A stretch of 64,000 bases of DNA from Raillietiella orientalis (taxonomy: Eukaryota): NCBI GenBank assembly GCA_036172245.1, contig JAYWIR010000001.1:1054001-1118000 (forward strand), written 5' to 3'. The notes under the pieces are model-generated. The model saw only the letters and a program-made list of their open reading frames with translations, did no database searches and had not been told where the DNA came from. Numbering within the stretch: position 1 is the stretch's first letter; the number at the start of each line of letters is the position of its first letter. The position numbers and the translations under genes were made by a program. This document shows, in pieces, positions 1 through 10,602 of this stretch.

Positions 1-16
1 TGCTCAGTGAGGCCGA

Positions 17-404
17 GGAGGAGCTGTTGAGGCCTCCCTTCCTTTGATGCAGGTGGCGCCCTCCCGCTTCTCTGTGGAACGGGCGAAGGATACTGGTCTA
101 CGCAACCTCCTCCTCTCGAACGTTCAGGAGGACGGGATCTCCCACCCGGGCAGGAAGGTCCATCTTCCCTCCGAATGAATCGTGCTTTTGCGTCTTCCCG
201 GCGGCTCGTTAGGCAGAGGCGTTTCTGCAGCCGAATGCCTTGGGGGCAGGAGCATGTCGAGCTGGGGAATGCGCCCGTGCTCGTGCCCTCCTCCGTCCGT
301 TCTCCGACTCGAGTCTGGACGCCCTTCCGGGCCCGCTGCAGTGGACCGGGTTCTCGGTTGCGTTTTTGCCCTGTAGGGGCGACTCGCGCACGGCGTGCCG
401 GAGA
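17..404 (+). mobile_element. Candidate short 5'-truncated LINE insertion
   Basis: Exact 14-bp direct repeat CTCAGTGAGGCCGA at 3-16 and 405-418; 3' end CACGGCGTGCCGGAGA resembles the LINE terminus at about 60205. Confidence 0.45.
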
Positions 405-469
405 CTCAGTGAGGCCGACCGATGGACGGTCGGCCTTTCCCCCTCTTTCTCCCGAGAGAGGATGGAGGA

Positions 470-1270
470 AGGCCTTGATAGATGCCGTGCGGCTACGGGT
501 TCGAATTCGCCCCGGGGGAGAGAAGGGTCGACGCCGAAAATCGGAGGGGGAGCGTCGTAGGTTTCGAGTCCTCTCTGCAGGACGACGCCGGTTGACTTTG
601 GTTGGCTTCAATCGCGGCACCGGCGGAATCTGGATGTCTCCGCTGACGGACCGGAATTGGAAATTGATCTTCCGGGTTCCGTGCAGGAGAATCAAGGGCG
701 CTTTCATGATTCCCCTCCAGTTGTGAGAGTGGAGCGGCACAGCTGGAGATGGGTTGATGCCTCCCCTCGGGAGGTCTCATCTTCAGAGTATTAAGAAGAA
801 GAGCGCTGCTCCCTTTGGGGAGCGGCGCTTCACAGAAATTGGGGAGCGGTTCTCCGAGGTTCCCTTCAGAGGAGGAAACCAAGGAGAGGATCCTTTCCTG
901 GGTCCTCTGGAGAAGAAAAGAGGTGTGACCAGCTTATGGAGACCCCCTACGGAAACAACCAGGGCGAGGGTTCCCTTCCTTTGGGATCGCCTCTCGAGCG
1001 TAGGAGGAACGGACTGCGCTTCCTCTGGAGCCTTCCTGAATTCATAAGGCGGCCCCCCCAGGGTTACCCTCTAACTTGAAGAGACACACACACCCTCGGC
1101 TAGCGGGAGCAGATTTGAAAAAAGCTTTGTGGTTCCTCTTTGTGGCGGACAGTTCTTCAGCACCACTCGAAAACTAAAAAAGAAAGAAAAAGTAAAACCC
1201 TTGAAAAAAAAAGAAAAAAAAGCTGGAAGGGAAACAGCGGAAACGGAAGAACCCCAAAGGAATTCCATCG
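470..1270 (+). repeat. tRNA-headed ~750-nt module, copy 1
   Basis: GGGTTCGAATT at 497, GGTTTCGAGTCC at 560; collinear with the other copies through the A-rich end GCTGGAAGG..GAACCCCAAAGG. Confidence 0.9.
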
Positions 1271-1274
1271 TTCT

Positions 1275-2985
1275 GTGGGGTCCTTTCCTCCTCCTGGAGT
1301 CGGCTCTGTCTGCTGCTGCTGGACGGAAGGCGCTGGAGAAATCGCGAAGGACAGAGTCCAGGGAGTGCACCAGCGGTGGAAAAAAGGCAGGGTTCGCGGG
1401 GGCGGAGGAAGGCGGCACGACCGCGGGAGCTGGCGAAAGCTGCTCTCGCCTTGTGGCGCATGATGTGGGTCACCTGCCGTGCGCTCCGCAGATCGGATGC
1501 ACCCTGGAGCGCGGCGGATATGGTGCAAAGGGCTGCCCGTGCAGATCGAGTGGCTGGTGTTCGGACTCCTCTTCCCGGATAGGACCGACCTGCTGCCTTC
1601 GGGATTACTGGAGCCCGTATGCTAAGGGACCGCCTCTTTGGGAGGGATATCGGGAGGTTCCGCTGTCGGGCATGCTGACCGCTCCCCTCGCCTGGACAAC
1701 GTTGCGCTCCTCCTCGGGTGGTAGCACGAAAAGCGTTGCTGTTCGTCCACTGGGGCTTCCCAGGAGGATAGCGGCGTCACAACTGGGCGAAGGACGGCGT
1801 TCTCCGAACTGCGCCAGTCTCTGGGATGCGACGACCCTCGAGCACGGAAACGCCTCGAGGCCGCGCTGCTTCGATCCGAAGACACCTCGGAAGAGCTGCC
1901 GCTGCTGCGGCGGCGCTGCTTCGCTCCAGGATGCCGGCTTGGGCATCCTGACCATCCATAAGATCAAGCTGCAAGTTCAGTTCCGACTTTTGACCTTTTG
2001 TGTAAAACCATGGACATGTCATTGGTGACGCCACATCTTCCGGCACAGCGCTTCTTTCGCTGCTGCCGCGCAACCATCGTAAGGTGAGTCGATTTGGCTA
2101 CCCCTCGAAGCCTCTGTCCTCACTTCTGGTAGCTCACGGTGGACCTCCTGGCACCCCCCAAACGGGAATTTCTGGCAGCAGGAGGCGCTCGAGTCCTGGG
2201 TCGCCTCTCTGGAGGTGTGTCCAGAGGAACTGCGTCCGCTGCGAAAACTCCTGTGCGAGCCGCTGGGAGAAATCCTGCAGGACTAGATGCAGTGTAGCAG
2301 CCTCGCCCCTCGCCGCAGCACGGTCTGCTCTCAAGGCAAACGATGACAACAGCCATCCGGCGGGGCGGGAGTTGTCCTGCACCACTGCAAGAGTCGAGAG
2401 ACTCCTCGATGGCTGCATGACAAACGAATTGGTGGATGCCGCCATTCGTCGTTCCTGGGCGGAGGGACTCCTTCGGTGAAGCGACCTGCTCGGTGTACCC
2501 CCCGAAGAACACGCGGTCCCTTCCCTGTGTGTGCGGACGCCTCCGTGTTCCCGCTCCTCTGGAAACAAGATGTCCTCTTTCTGCACTGAAGGGATTCCTG
2601 TGCAACCAGAGCAGGCACCCTGGTTTCCGGGGGAGTTGCCTCTCCGAACTCTTCCAGGTGTAGTGCGATGGAGTCGTTCCCGCACCTCCTGTTGGACTGC
2701 GGTTCCCTGGAGGACATGTTGCGCCGACTCACCTCGGCGCTTCATTAGCCGGGAAGGCACCGCTTCGGACTTGCTGCGGCTCTTCTTCACCCAAGGCGGG
2801 CTGAAGACGGGCGCTGTTATAGCAACCATCGTTGCCTCCTCACCATGGTGACAGTTCGCCGCCGTGTGCTGGAGTCTCATTCTCAGCGAAGGGAGACCAC
2901 CAGCATGGCAGCCCCCTTCATGAGGACAGTTGCAAGGTGGTCTCATCTGCAAGAAGAGGTCATCAGTGAGATCGTGGTGTTTGTT
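1275..2985 (+). mobile_element. L1/Tx1-like ORF2 relic (RT domain 4 to C-terminus)
   Basis: QGVHQ (~1360), AHDV as a decayed YADD (~1460), DAGLGIL (~1930), SRCSAMESFPHLLLDC zinc knuckle (~2655-2700); clear DNA homology to 59284-60030. Confidence 0.8.
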
Positions 2986-2989
2986 GATG

Positions 2990-5710
2990 AGTTCCCACTG
3001 GGTCCCCTTGCAATGCGGTTGCGGATTTCTTTCTTGACGCTTGCTGGGATTCTGTCTCCTGGCAATGTATTTTGGGTTCGCCATCAGCGAACTCATGCTG
3101 CTCCATCTCGTGAAGAGCCTTGCCTCCCCACTATCCACAAACTCTTTATATCTCCACTGGCCCATTCAAATCCTCCTTCCGTTTCTCCAGAAAGTAAAGC
3201 TCCGAGATCTTCTCTTGCTGGTTGTTGGATGATTTTCTCGGGCACAGCTTTTCTAAGGGTTTCAAGGCCAAATCTTTTACCATAGTGTCAGAAGATAAGA
3301 CTGTTAAGCAGTTCGAAATGTCCAGGATGAAAAAGTGTCTACTTCATTGGACACTAGCATGAGCTTTCTTTCTATCACCATATAAATAACAGTTGGCTAC
3401 TCTTGACGGCAGATGGAGGAGGTGGTTCTTCACCAGCCACCGAATTCCGTCGGTGTTGTGCTTCCAGTCGGCCTTCGGATGCGTTCCCAGTCTTTGGAGG
3501 CGTACTAAACTTGGGAACAGAAATGTTTTTAAGGAATCTGGCTTTTTCTAGGAGAAAAGTCCAGATATGAAAATGGTTTCGTCTTGAATCCAGAATCTCC
3601 TCCACGGAGGAGACAGTGCTGAAGACCTGAATTTCAAATGGCTTTTTCGAGCATCTGCATGCTTCAGATATTGAGATGCTTGGGACTGATCCGCTGTTGG
3701 CCTTTAACCACGAGGGGTTTTCCAGTAGCAGAAATGAGACAGCAGATTTGGCAGGATAAATGGATAGACCAGAACGAGATGCTAAATTCTCAAAATGACG
3801 CAACCTGACTTCAAGGTCATACGTTTCTTCCAAGATGACCGAGTCATCGGGGTATGTCGGCAGAGCCTCTTCGCCGCAACTCTTCCTTATTACTCATAGG
3901 AGTGGCTGCAAGGCACTCCTGTGGGTAACGAGGAAGATGTGAACTAGTTCTCTGTGAACAACAAATAAATTAACGGGCAGCCCTGTGTAATTCCGTGCTG
4001 GAGAAAGAACGGTCTGGTAACTGAAGGCTCCAGCCATGCGTACGTGGTTCTCTAACCATTTTCAGGAAGGGATTGCCTATTCCAGTTTCTGACAGAGTCC
4101 GTAGGAGTATTTCATGGCAAATAGTGCCAAGCTCATTGGCCAGGTACACAAAACTAATCCAAGATCCTTCGAGATCCTGGCGTCTTGTGTGGTCCAATTT
4201 GTTCTGCAGCACGGAGTTGTGATCGAGTACTCCAGCAAATGGGAGAAAGACTCTTCGTCGAGTGCAAATCGCATTATTCTCAAGGATTTATTCTCTGAGA
4301 CGAGCTGACGGACACCTGACATACAGTCTATACACACTTAAAATCCATATACAGTCCTACCTCAGTACTCGACGGTGTCGGAATTCCTCAAACTCGGTAC
4401 TCGGCGCGTTTTGACGAGGAAAAATGTTTCGACACTCGGCGCATGACTCGGAACTCGACATCTCATTCTCATGATGAAACGAGTGAACGCTTTCATCTCA
4501 TGGTAGCTCACGAACTGTGCCGAACACTTCTATAAAGTGCTCCCCTGGTCATTCCCCTTTTTTGTGCTTTCTGTGCATTCTAAGCGTGAATCATGGGTTC
4601 TAAAATGGCTCAAAATCTTACCACGAATCTTAGAAAGGAACTCGTTCGGTACTCGTCTATCTCGACACATTCGTCACGAATTCCGGAACGAATTACAGAC
4701 GAGTACCGAAGTACCACTGTATTTTATATTTCAATTGGTGCATACTTTCTATACTGAATAAATTGAAACCGATACATTCAAGGAGACTTCAGAACATTGT
4801 GAAAGTAGAATGGTTCTGGTACACCTCCGTGACGATAGAATTCTACGATCTTCCAGAGGGATGTCGAATCTCGGAGTCAGCAAAGTTGCTTCTGTACCTA
4901 CCATCTTCCACCCGAGTAGGTGATTCCATCGAGCCCGGGAGAAGAGTTCGCTTCTCTCCTTAGCCATCCGGAAACCTCATCAACTGATTGGGGGGACATT
5001 CCTAGAGGAGATGATTAAGCCGCTCCCTCTAGAAGAACTTTTCTTCAGGGGTGGTTCATGATCAGTCGATAGAGAGAAGTCCGGCTGTTAGTGAAGGTGC
5101 TTCTCGACCACTTCTGGATCGATGGTCTTGACGAGCGATAATCGATCGAAACGCTCTCCTCCTGTTCAACCTTTACAGCTTCCGGATTTCTGCTTTATTA
5201 TGCGTGTCAGTTCGATGCCTCTCGGCACATCCTTTATAAGGCTTAGTGTTCAACACGTTGGGAATTTCATTTATGAGAGAGCCGCAACCGTTTTCAAAGG
5301 CCTCCCACCGCTTAATTCCCGTTCTTTGCAAATCCTCGAAACGCCATTCATCCTCCATGAATTTTCTGGAATGATCCGGTTGCCTTAACCCACCTCTTTT
5401 ACGTTTCCTCTTCCACTTTCTTGCTGGGAGACTGGTCTCTCCGGCGTGCTCTCATATTAGATTCTGTCTCCACAACAGGTGCGGCCGCAGCAGATTCCTC
5501 CTCATCTAGTATCTTCATTGAAAGGGCTTCGAAAGTTCTGCTCCATTCCAGGAAGTCTCCCTCCCTATTCTCCGAAAGTTGCATCAGAGACTTTTCAACT
5601 TTTCCAGCGGTTCTCCTTCAAACTCTTGAAGGCTGTCGAACTTTGATCGTAGCCAGAAGGCCGAGCAAAGTATGGTACAAAGGCAAATTCCAGCACTGCC
5701 AACTCCGACA
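2990..5710 (-). mobile_element. L1/Tx1-like ORF2 relic (RT), interrupted by a MITE
   Basis: HEILLRTLSETGIG, GITQGCPL (~3990), TYPDDSVIL..SGLSIYPAKS (~3860-3745); many stops and frameshifts. Confidence 0.82.
4352..4719. mobile_element. Tigger/pogo-type MITE, copy A
   Basis: TA|CAGTCCTACCTCAGTACTCG ... CGAGTACCGAAGTACCACTG|TA terminal inverted repeats with TA duplication; second copy at 43710. Confidence 0.88.
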
Positions 5711-6499
5711 GCCTTGAGATGCTGGGGCGCCAGCGTCGGACCTGCGGGCAGGATGCACTTGGTGCGATGTTTGAGCAGAGTGGAAGTTCCAAATGCCAGC
5801 ATCTGAGTGCGATGAGCATGAGGTGCACGCACGCACGCGCACATACACACATCAACACCTGCACGTACACGGTGTGCCTCCAGCAGTGCCAATCACACAC
5901 CGGACGGATTCGTGTCACGCGCTATACTCTTTGGAGGAGGAACGTGCTTCTCGAAAGCCAGGAGCCACCGCGTACCATTTTTTCAGCAGACACGACCGCG
6001 CTCCCTCGGCGCCATTAGCCACACGAGGGTGGGCATCCCCTGGGACGGAACGAAGAAAAGATGGTTCCTGGATTACCTAACCGAGTTGCTGGGGCTTAAA
6101 GCCGCCGCATGAATCCATTCCATGGGTTTGCGCACTGGGCAGGGAAAAGTTCTTTCCTTAACTAACAGGCAATCAGCTCTTCGTGACGAATTTTCCATCT
6201 CATTTGGAAGTTGGCTCACGGAAGCACCAAGTTTGTCAAAAGCAAGGGAAGCTTTCAGAGCGACGACTGCTCGCAAGAGTCTTGCCCGTGGGTCCAGATG
6301 AAAAGTTCCAGTGTGGCTTTTACCTTTTTTCTCTGCTCCACTTCTCTTCATGCGTAGCTGCGTGCTACCAACCGGCACAGAACTGGCATTACGTCAGGTG
6401 CATCGCCTCAATAACTTTCGAACTGAAGTCTCTATTTACGATCAGAACATTTTTTTTTTTATGTTTCCTTTACTCTATTGAATAAACAAGTTATCCTAG

Positions 6500-7012
6500 A
6501 TGGTGATTCAGGTTTTTAGGGCTCCATATCCAGTCTGCTCATCCTTCAGTCACCCAAACTGACATGATCAGAAAGTCCATTTTTTCGGAGCGTCCAGGTG
6601 CAGTCATCTCGAGGAGGTCCTCAGGAAGCTCCGCGCCCAGCGGATGGCGTCACTGCCTCTTCGGCCTCTTCTTCTGACTTTCCAGGCCGACATAATCCCG
6701 CGGGAACAGCAGAGGACCTCGAGGGACGCGGCTGGAAGCACCGCACTCCAAGAGGCATCTGAAAATGTCCCTGGGGCAGTCCACCATCAGGGATCGTAGA
6801 GTGGTCGCGAGGCAATGCCAAAGGGGACGGAGGGGCAAGACAGTCCAACAGCAGGAGCGGGAGGGTCTCCTTCTTCCCGCACCTGTCCCACTAAGCACCC
6901 GCCTCCTCCTGTGTCCAGTGGCGAAGGCGCTCTTCGCACGGGATTCCCCTATGCGCCACCAGCAACGCCAACTCCTACCACTTAGGGGGAGGGAGACCCT
7001 GGCCTAGGATGA
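6500..7012 (-). mobile_element. LINE ORF2 C-terminal relic
   Basis: DRCGKKETLPLLLLDC zinc-knuckle motif at about 6888-6840. Confidence 0.7.
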
Positions 7013-7014
7013 AG

Positions 7015-7415
7015 GAAACCTTTTGGGGTTCTTCTGTTTCCACTGCTTTCCTTCCAGCTTTCTTTCGAAGAATCGTTTTCCTCCTTAGGGGGGGCTCACG
7101 ATGCTCTTGAAGCACCGTCCATGCCACCCGAGGGTGCGTGTCACTCTTCAGCTTAGGGTGGTGCCTACGGGGGAACACCCCGTAGGCACCACCCTATGAA
7201 TCCAGGAAGGCTTCGGAGGGAGGAATTCGTTCCTCTTGCTCCTGGGAGGGAAACCTCCGAAGAGAAACCTCCGCCCTAGTGGTCTCCGAAGGAAACCTCT
7301 TCCTCATGCACTTCGGAAAAGTTGGCCGGATGGAACCCGGAAAGGATCTGCTCCTGGAATTTTTCCTCCCAAGGGAACCAGCAAGAGAACCGCTCCTGGT
7401 TTCCTCCTTTGAAAT
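7015..7415 (-). repeat. tRNA-headed module, copy 2 (3' half only)
   Basis: Reverse complement matches copy 1 about 870-1270, including GCCTTCCTGGATTCAT and AAGCTGGAAGGAAAGCAGTGGAAACAGAAGAACCCCAAAAGG. Confidence 0.88.
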
Positions 7416-7429
7416 GAACTCGTGAAGGA

Positions 7430-8100
7430 CTCTTTCCATATTACTGCACACACGAATTCTCTCTCTTGAAACCTTGCGACTATGACGCACGCGAAAAAGA
7501 CTTCGATTTTCTGTGAACTCTTGTGCACCAGCCTGAGGTGAATGAGAGCAGTGGGATTTTTTTCTGCTGTCCGCAAACGCTTCGCTCGCAGTTTGTTCCT
7601 GCAAGCGGCGAGGTACATCAAAAGATGTTTCGGAAAGGGGCGTTTCCGTGGATGTCCAAGACACGGACTTCTTTCCGGGGGAGAGCAGCCCTCCGTGACA
7701 CGGAGCTGTTCTCGGCAACGCCGTCTTTCGTTCTCCATGCTAAAATCCTTGTGAGAACTCCTTGCGAAAGCTTTGCTGTTGTCGTTCATGCATCCCGCGT
7801 ATCCCATTAATGACGACAGCAAAGGAGAATTCGAATAGCAGGGTAACCGAAGTTTCCAATTCCATAGAAGGCAGCTTGCATGGAAGCCACAAGAAGCTGG
7901 GATGATGATCTTTTCCATCTCATGGGCGAGCGTCATTGTGACATCGGGGAAAACAGATTCGGTACTCTTGGTACTTTTCTCCTTGCCGCTTTCCATCTTG
8001 GCACCGCTGAAATCGCTTTGTCTGTTTTGCTTACGTCAGACTCAGAGAATTTTCATAATGAAATGATGCACTGATGAATCTGAATGGGATTTTTAGTAAT
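7430..8100 (-). mobile_element. PIF/Harbinger transposase relic
   Basis: FPDV..IIIP..WNWK, GYAGCMND, PFPKHLLMY, HLRL..QKIEVFF..VARF follow the motif order of the Harbinger DDE domain. Confidence 0.7.
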
Positions 8101-10602
8101 ACTTGTGAGCACAGCTGCAACAAATCCTAATCCGTGATGCTTGGATGAGGATGCATGGAATGACTTCATATAGGAGGGGCTCCTAGAGGGGAAAAAACAC
8201 CACTGAGGAAATGAAAACAAAAATAAAGAATGGAGGTAGCCTAAGAGTCTTACATCCACTAAGCGTACGAGCCATCTTCGAAAAACCTATTTTATTACAA
8301 GGCAGTTAATCAGTACAAGTGTTCAAAGAGGTGTTAAGACGTGCTTTTCTTCTCTGCGAACTCATCTCTAAGAGGTAATCATCTATAAGCATCGGCACGG
8401 GACACGACCTTCGATGTCAAGCAGATAAACTCAGGTCCTTGGTTTTCATAACCAGTTTCTATGGATACCTCGCTCTCTCTGTTCCTAGTGCGTCACATGG
8501 GACATAAGGGAAAACAAGGCACACGGAACAAGGGCATTCAAACTTTGAATTAAGAAGAAGACCTTGATTTTTGACGGGATTTGGAAATGAGCTTCACGCT
8601 GATTTGTTAATCTTGCGCAGAGTTACTCGAAACGTTGTTCACACAAAGCAAAAGGATGATGGCCTGACAGGTATCAACGTACGTACAATGGGAGCTTGTT
8701 TGTCCTAAAATTAAAAAAAATCATTCCGATAAAAAAGTATGAACTTCCTTTGATTTGATCGTTTTTTATAGCGGGGAGCTCTGTTTTCAAAAGTGGAAAT
8801 AGAACTTCCTGGGATCTGAGATGTGAGAAGAAGAAAGGTTTTGCAGTGTCAAAAGCCATTCTTCCGAGAGGAAGGTACGGAGGACCTTTCAGGAGAGGAA
8901 ACGTAACACTTGATTGCGCGCTCCTCTGACCACCACGAAGATGCTGCTGAGAGGAGAAGCGAGCTGCCTCATCCCGATGCATCATTATCCCGGAGAATTC
9001 TTAACAAAGATATTTCCAGGCATTTCTTTCACCCAGCGTGCGCCTCACTCTCAATGAAATGCACCTTTCCCTTGTGGTGTACTCATCTAAAATTGGCTTG
9101 CGAAGACATGGTAACTACGTACACCCGCAGCGAGCTGAACTGAACCTGATTCCCTGATTCGGTTCTTACAGGTGCTTTTACAACTCCCTCTCCAACTTCG
9201 TGTAAGCTACGCCTTGCTATATTTAACAGCTACGTTCGTGTACAAAGCTGTGCAGATCAGGGCAGCATCCATTTTCCTTGGACCCCCTGCTCTTGTGGTA
9301 AACTCCCCACTCTGCAAACGGCCGTCCGGCACGGTTATTGGTTGGTGCCATGCAGCGCTTCGTCGTTAAGCACAGCATCAGTACCCGGTTTGAAGGAGGG
9401 TGCGATTGTGGACCCGTCGGGTTAAGCAAGGAGGCGAAATTCACGTTCAATTCACAACGACGGCCCTTTGCGCAAGTCGCACACAAGAGAACTCCATTTG
9501 GAGGAAAGTTCCAGAGAGGGGTGTATCAAAAGAAAGTGGAACACTGATGACACATTTTCAAATGTCGTCCTTTTTTTTTTTTTTTTTTTTTTTTCTAGAA
9601 GCGGAATTGACAAAGAGACTTTTTTGATCACTGCAGAAGCAGGCAGCTGACCATCTTCAAAGATTTTGACAGTTGGATGATGAAGTTAAGCACAAGCAGG
9701 AGAGGAATGCAAAACTTTATGATCAGTAATCCATGATGAAACGATGTAAGCTGTCAATCTGAGAATTGCATGTCGTAGTTGTGATTTAGGACATGCAGCC
9801 ATTAAATTAACGTGGTTTTCAGGCTACCAATAGGTTGAGCAGCGAAGGAACTAATTAAAACTTTCCTTGGATGATATTTAAACACGAACACTTACGGGAT
9901 GGTTTCGAAACCATTCGAAAACGAGGAATGGAGGAAGAAATGCACCCGTGAACGTAAAGAAATCAATGAGGATTAAAATCCTACCATAAATCATTTATTC
10001 TTGAAACAGCATCCTGGATTCGCGGGATGCGTCGAAAATCGACCCCCCAAATAACCGAAATCAATAAAAGTACAACACCTCATTTCAAAAAAACACACAC
10101 GCATCTTGCCTACAGGCATTTAACACTGCTGTGACACCACTTGATCGTTTCAATAAATAAAAAATGCCCTTAAAACCCACGACTCTTGGTACATTTCTGC
10201 AGCTTTCCAATTCTTTTTCCTTTTTTTTTTTAACACTCAGTTATCAATTGTAACGGCAAGACATTATCGTCGGGGCGTGTGTAATGCAAATGGACAGGAA
10301 GAAAGCGGACATGAGACTGTTAAAAACTGGTCAAGGCACTTTTGAAGTCATGAGAAGAGACAAGATGCATAATAGCATTGCAGATGGGGCAGGTGGTGAG
10401 CAACAAGACTCCAGCACTTGACATTTGCAAAACATCTTCATCTGGTAATTACAAAAGGCATATACTGTTGTACACCTATCCTGTAACATGCCCTTATCTT
10501 GAGGATAAGATCAAATCCCAACAATCGGAACTGGAGGATTTATTTGAAACAAATATGTGTCTTGCACTGATTGGAAAACTGCTGTTGTTTCATAAGCAAT
10601 AA

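Noticed and set aside
520-600. HDV-like or hammerhead ribozyme in the module
   Set aside because: No P1.1/P4/catalytic-C arrangement and no CUGANGA...GAAA core conserved across copies.
2134-3165. Long ORFs in the track (343 aa here; also 39326-40240, 42093-42878, 59101-59904)
   Set aside because: Antisense or off-frame readings of GC-rich LINE relics and module sequence; no coherent protein.
8670-9150. Myb/MADF partner gene of the adjacent Harbinger relic
   Set aside because: Only a short WDLR-like match; insufficient support.
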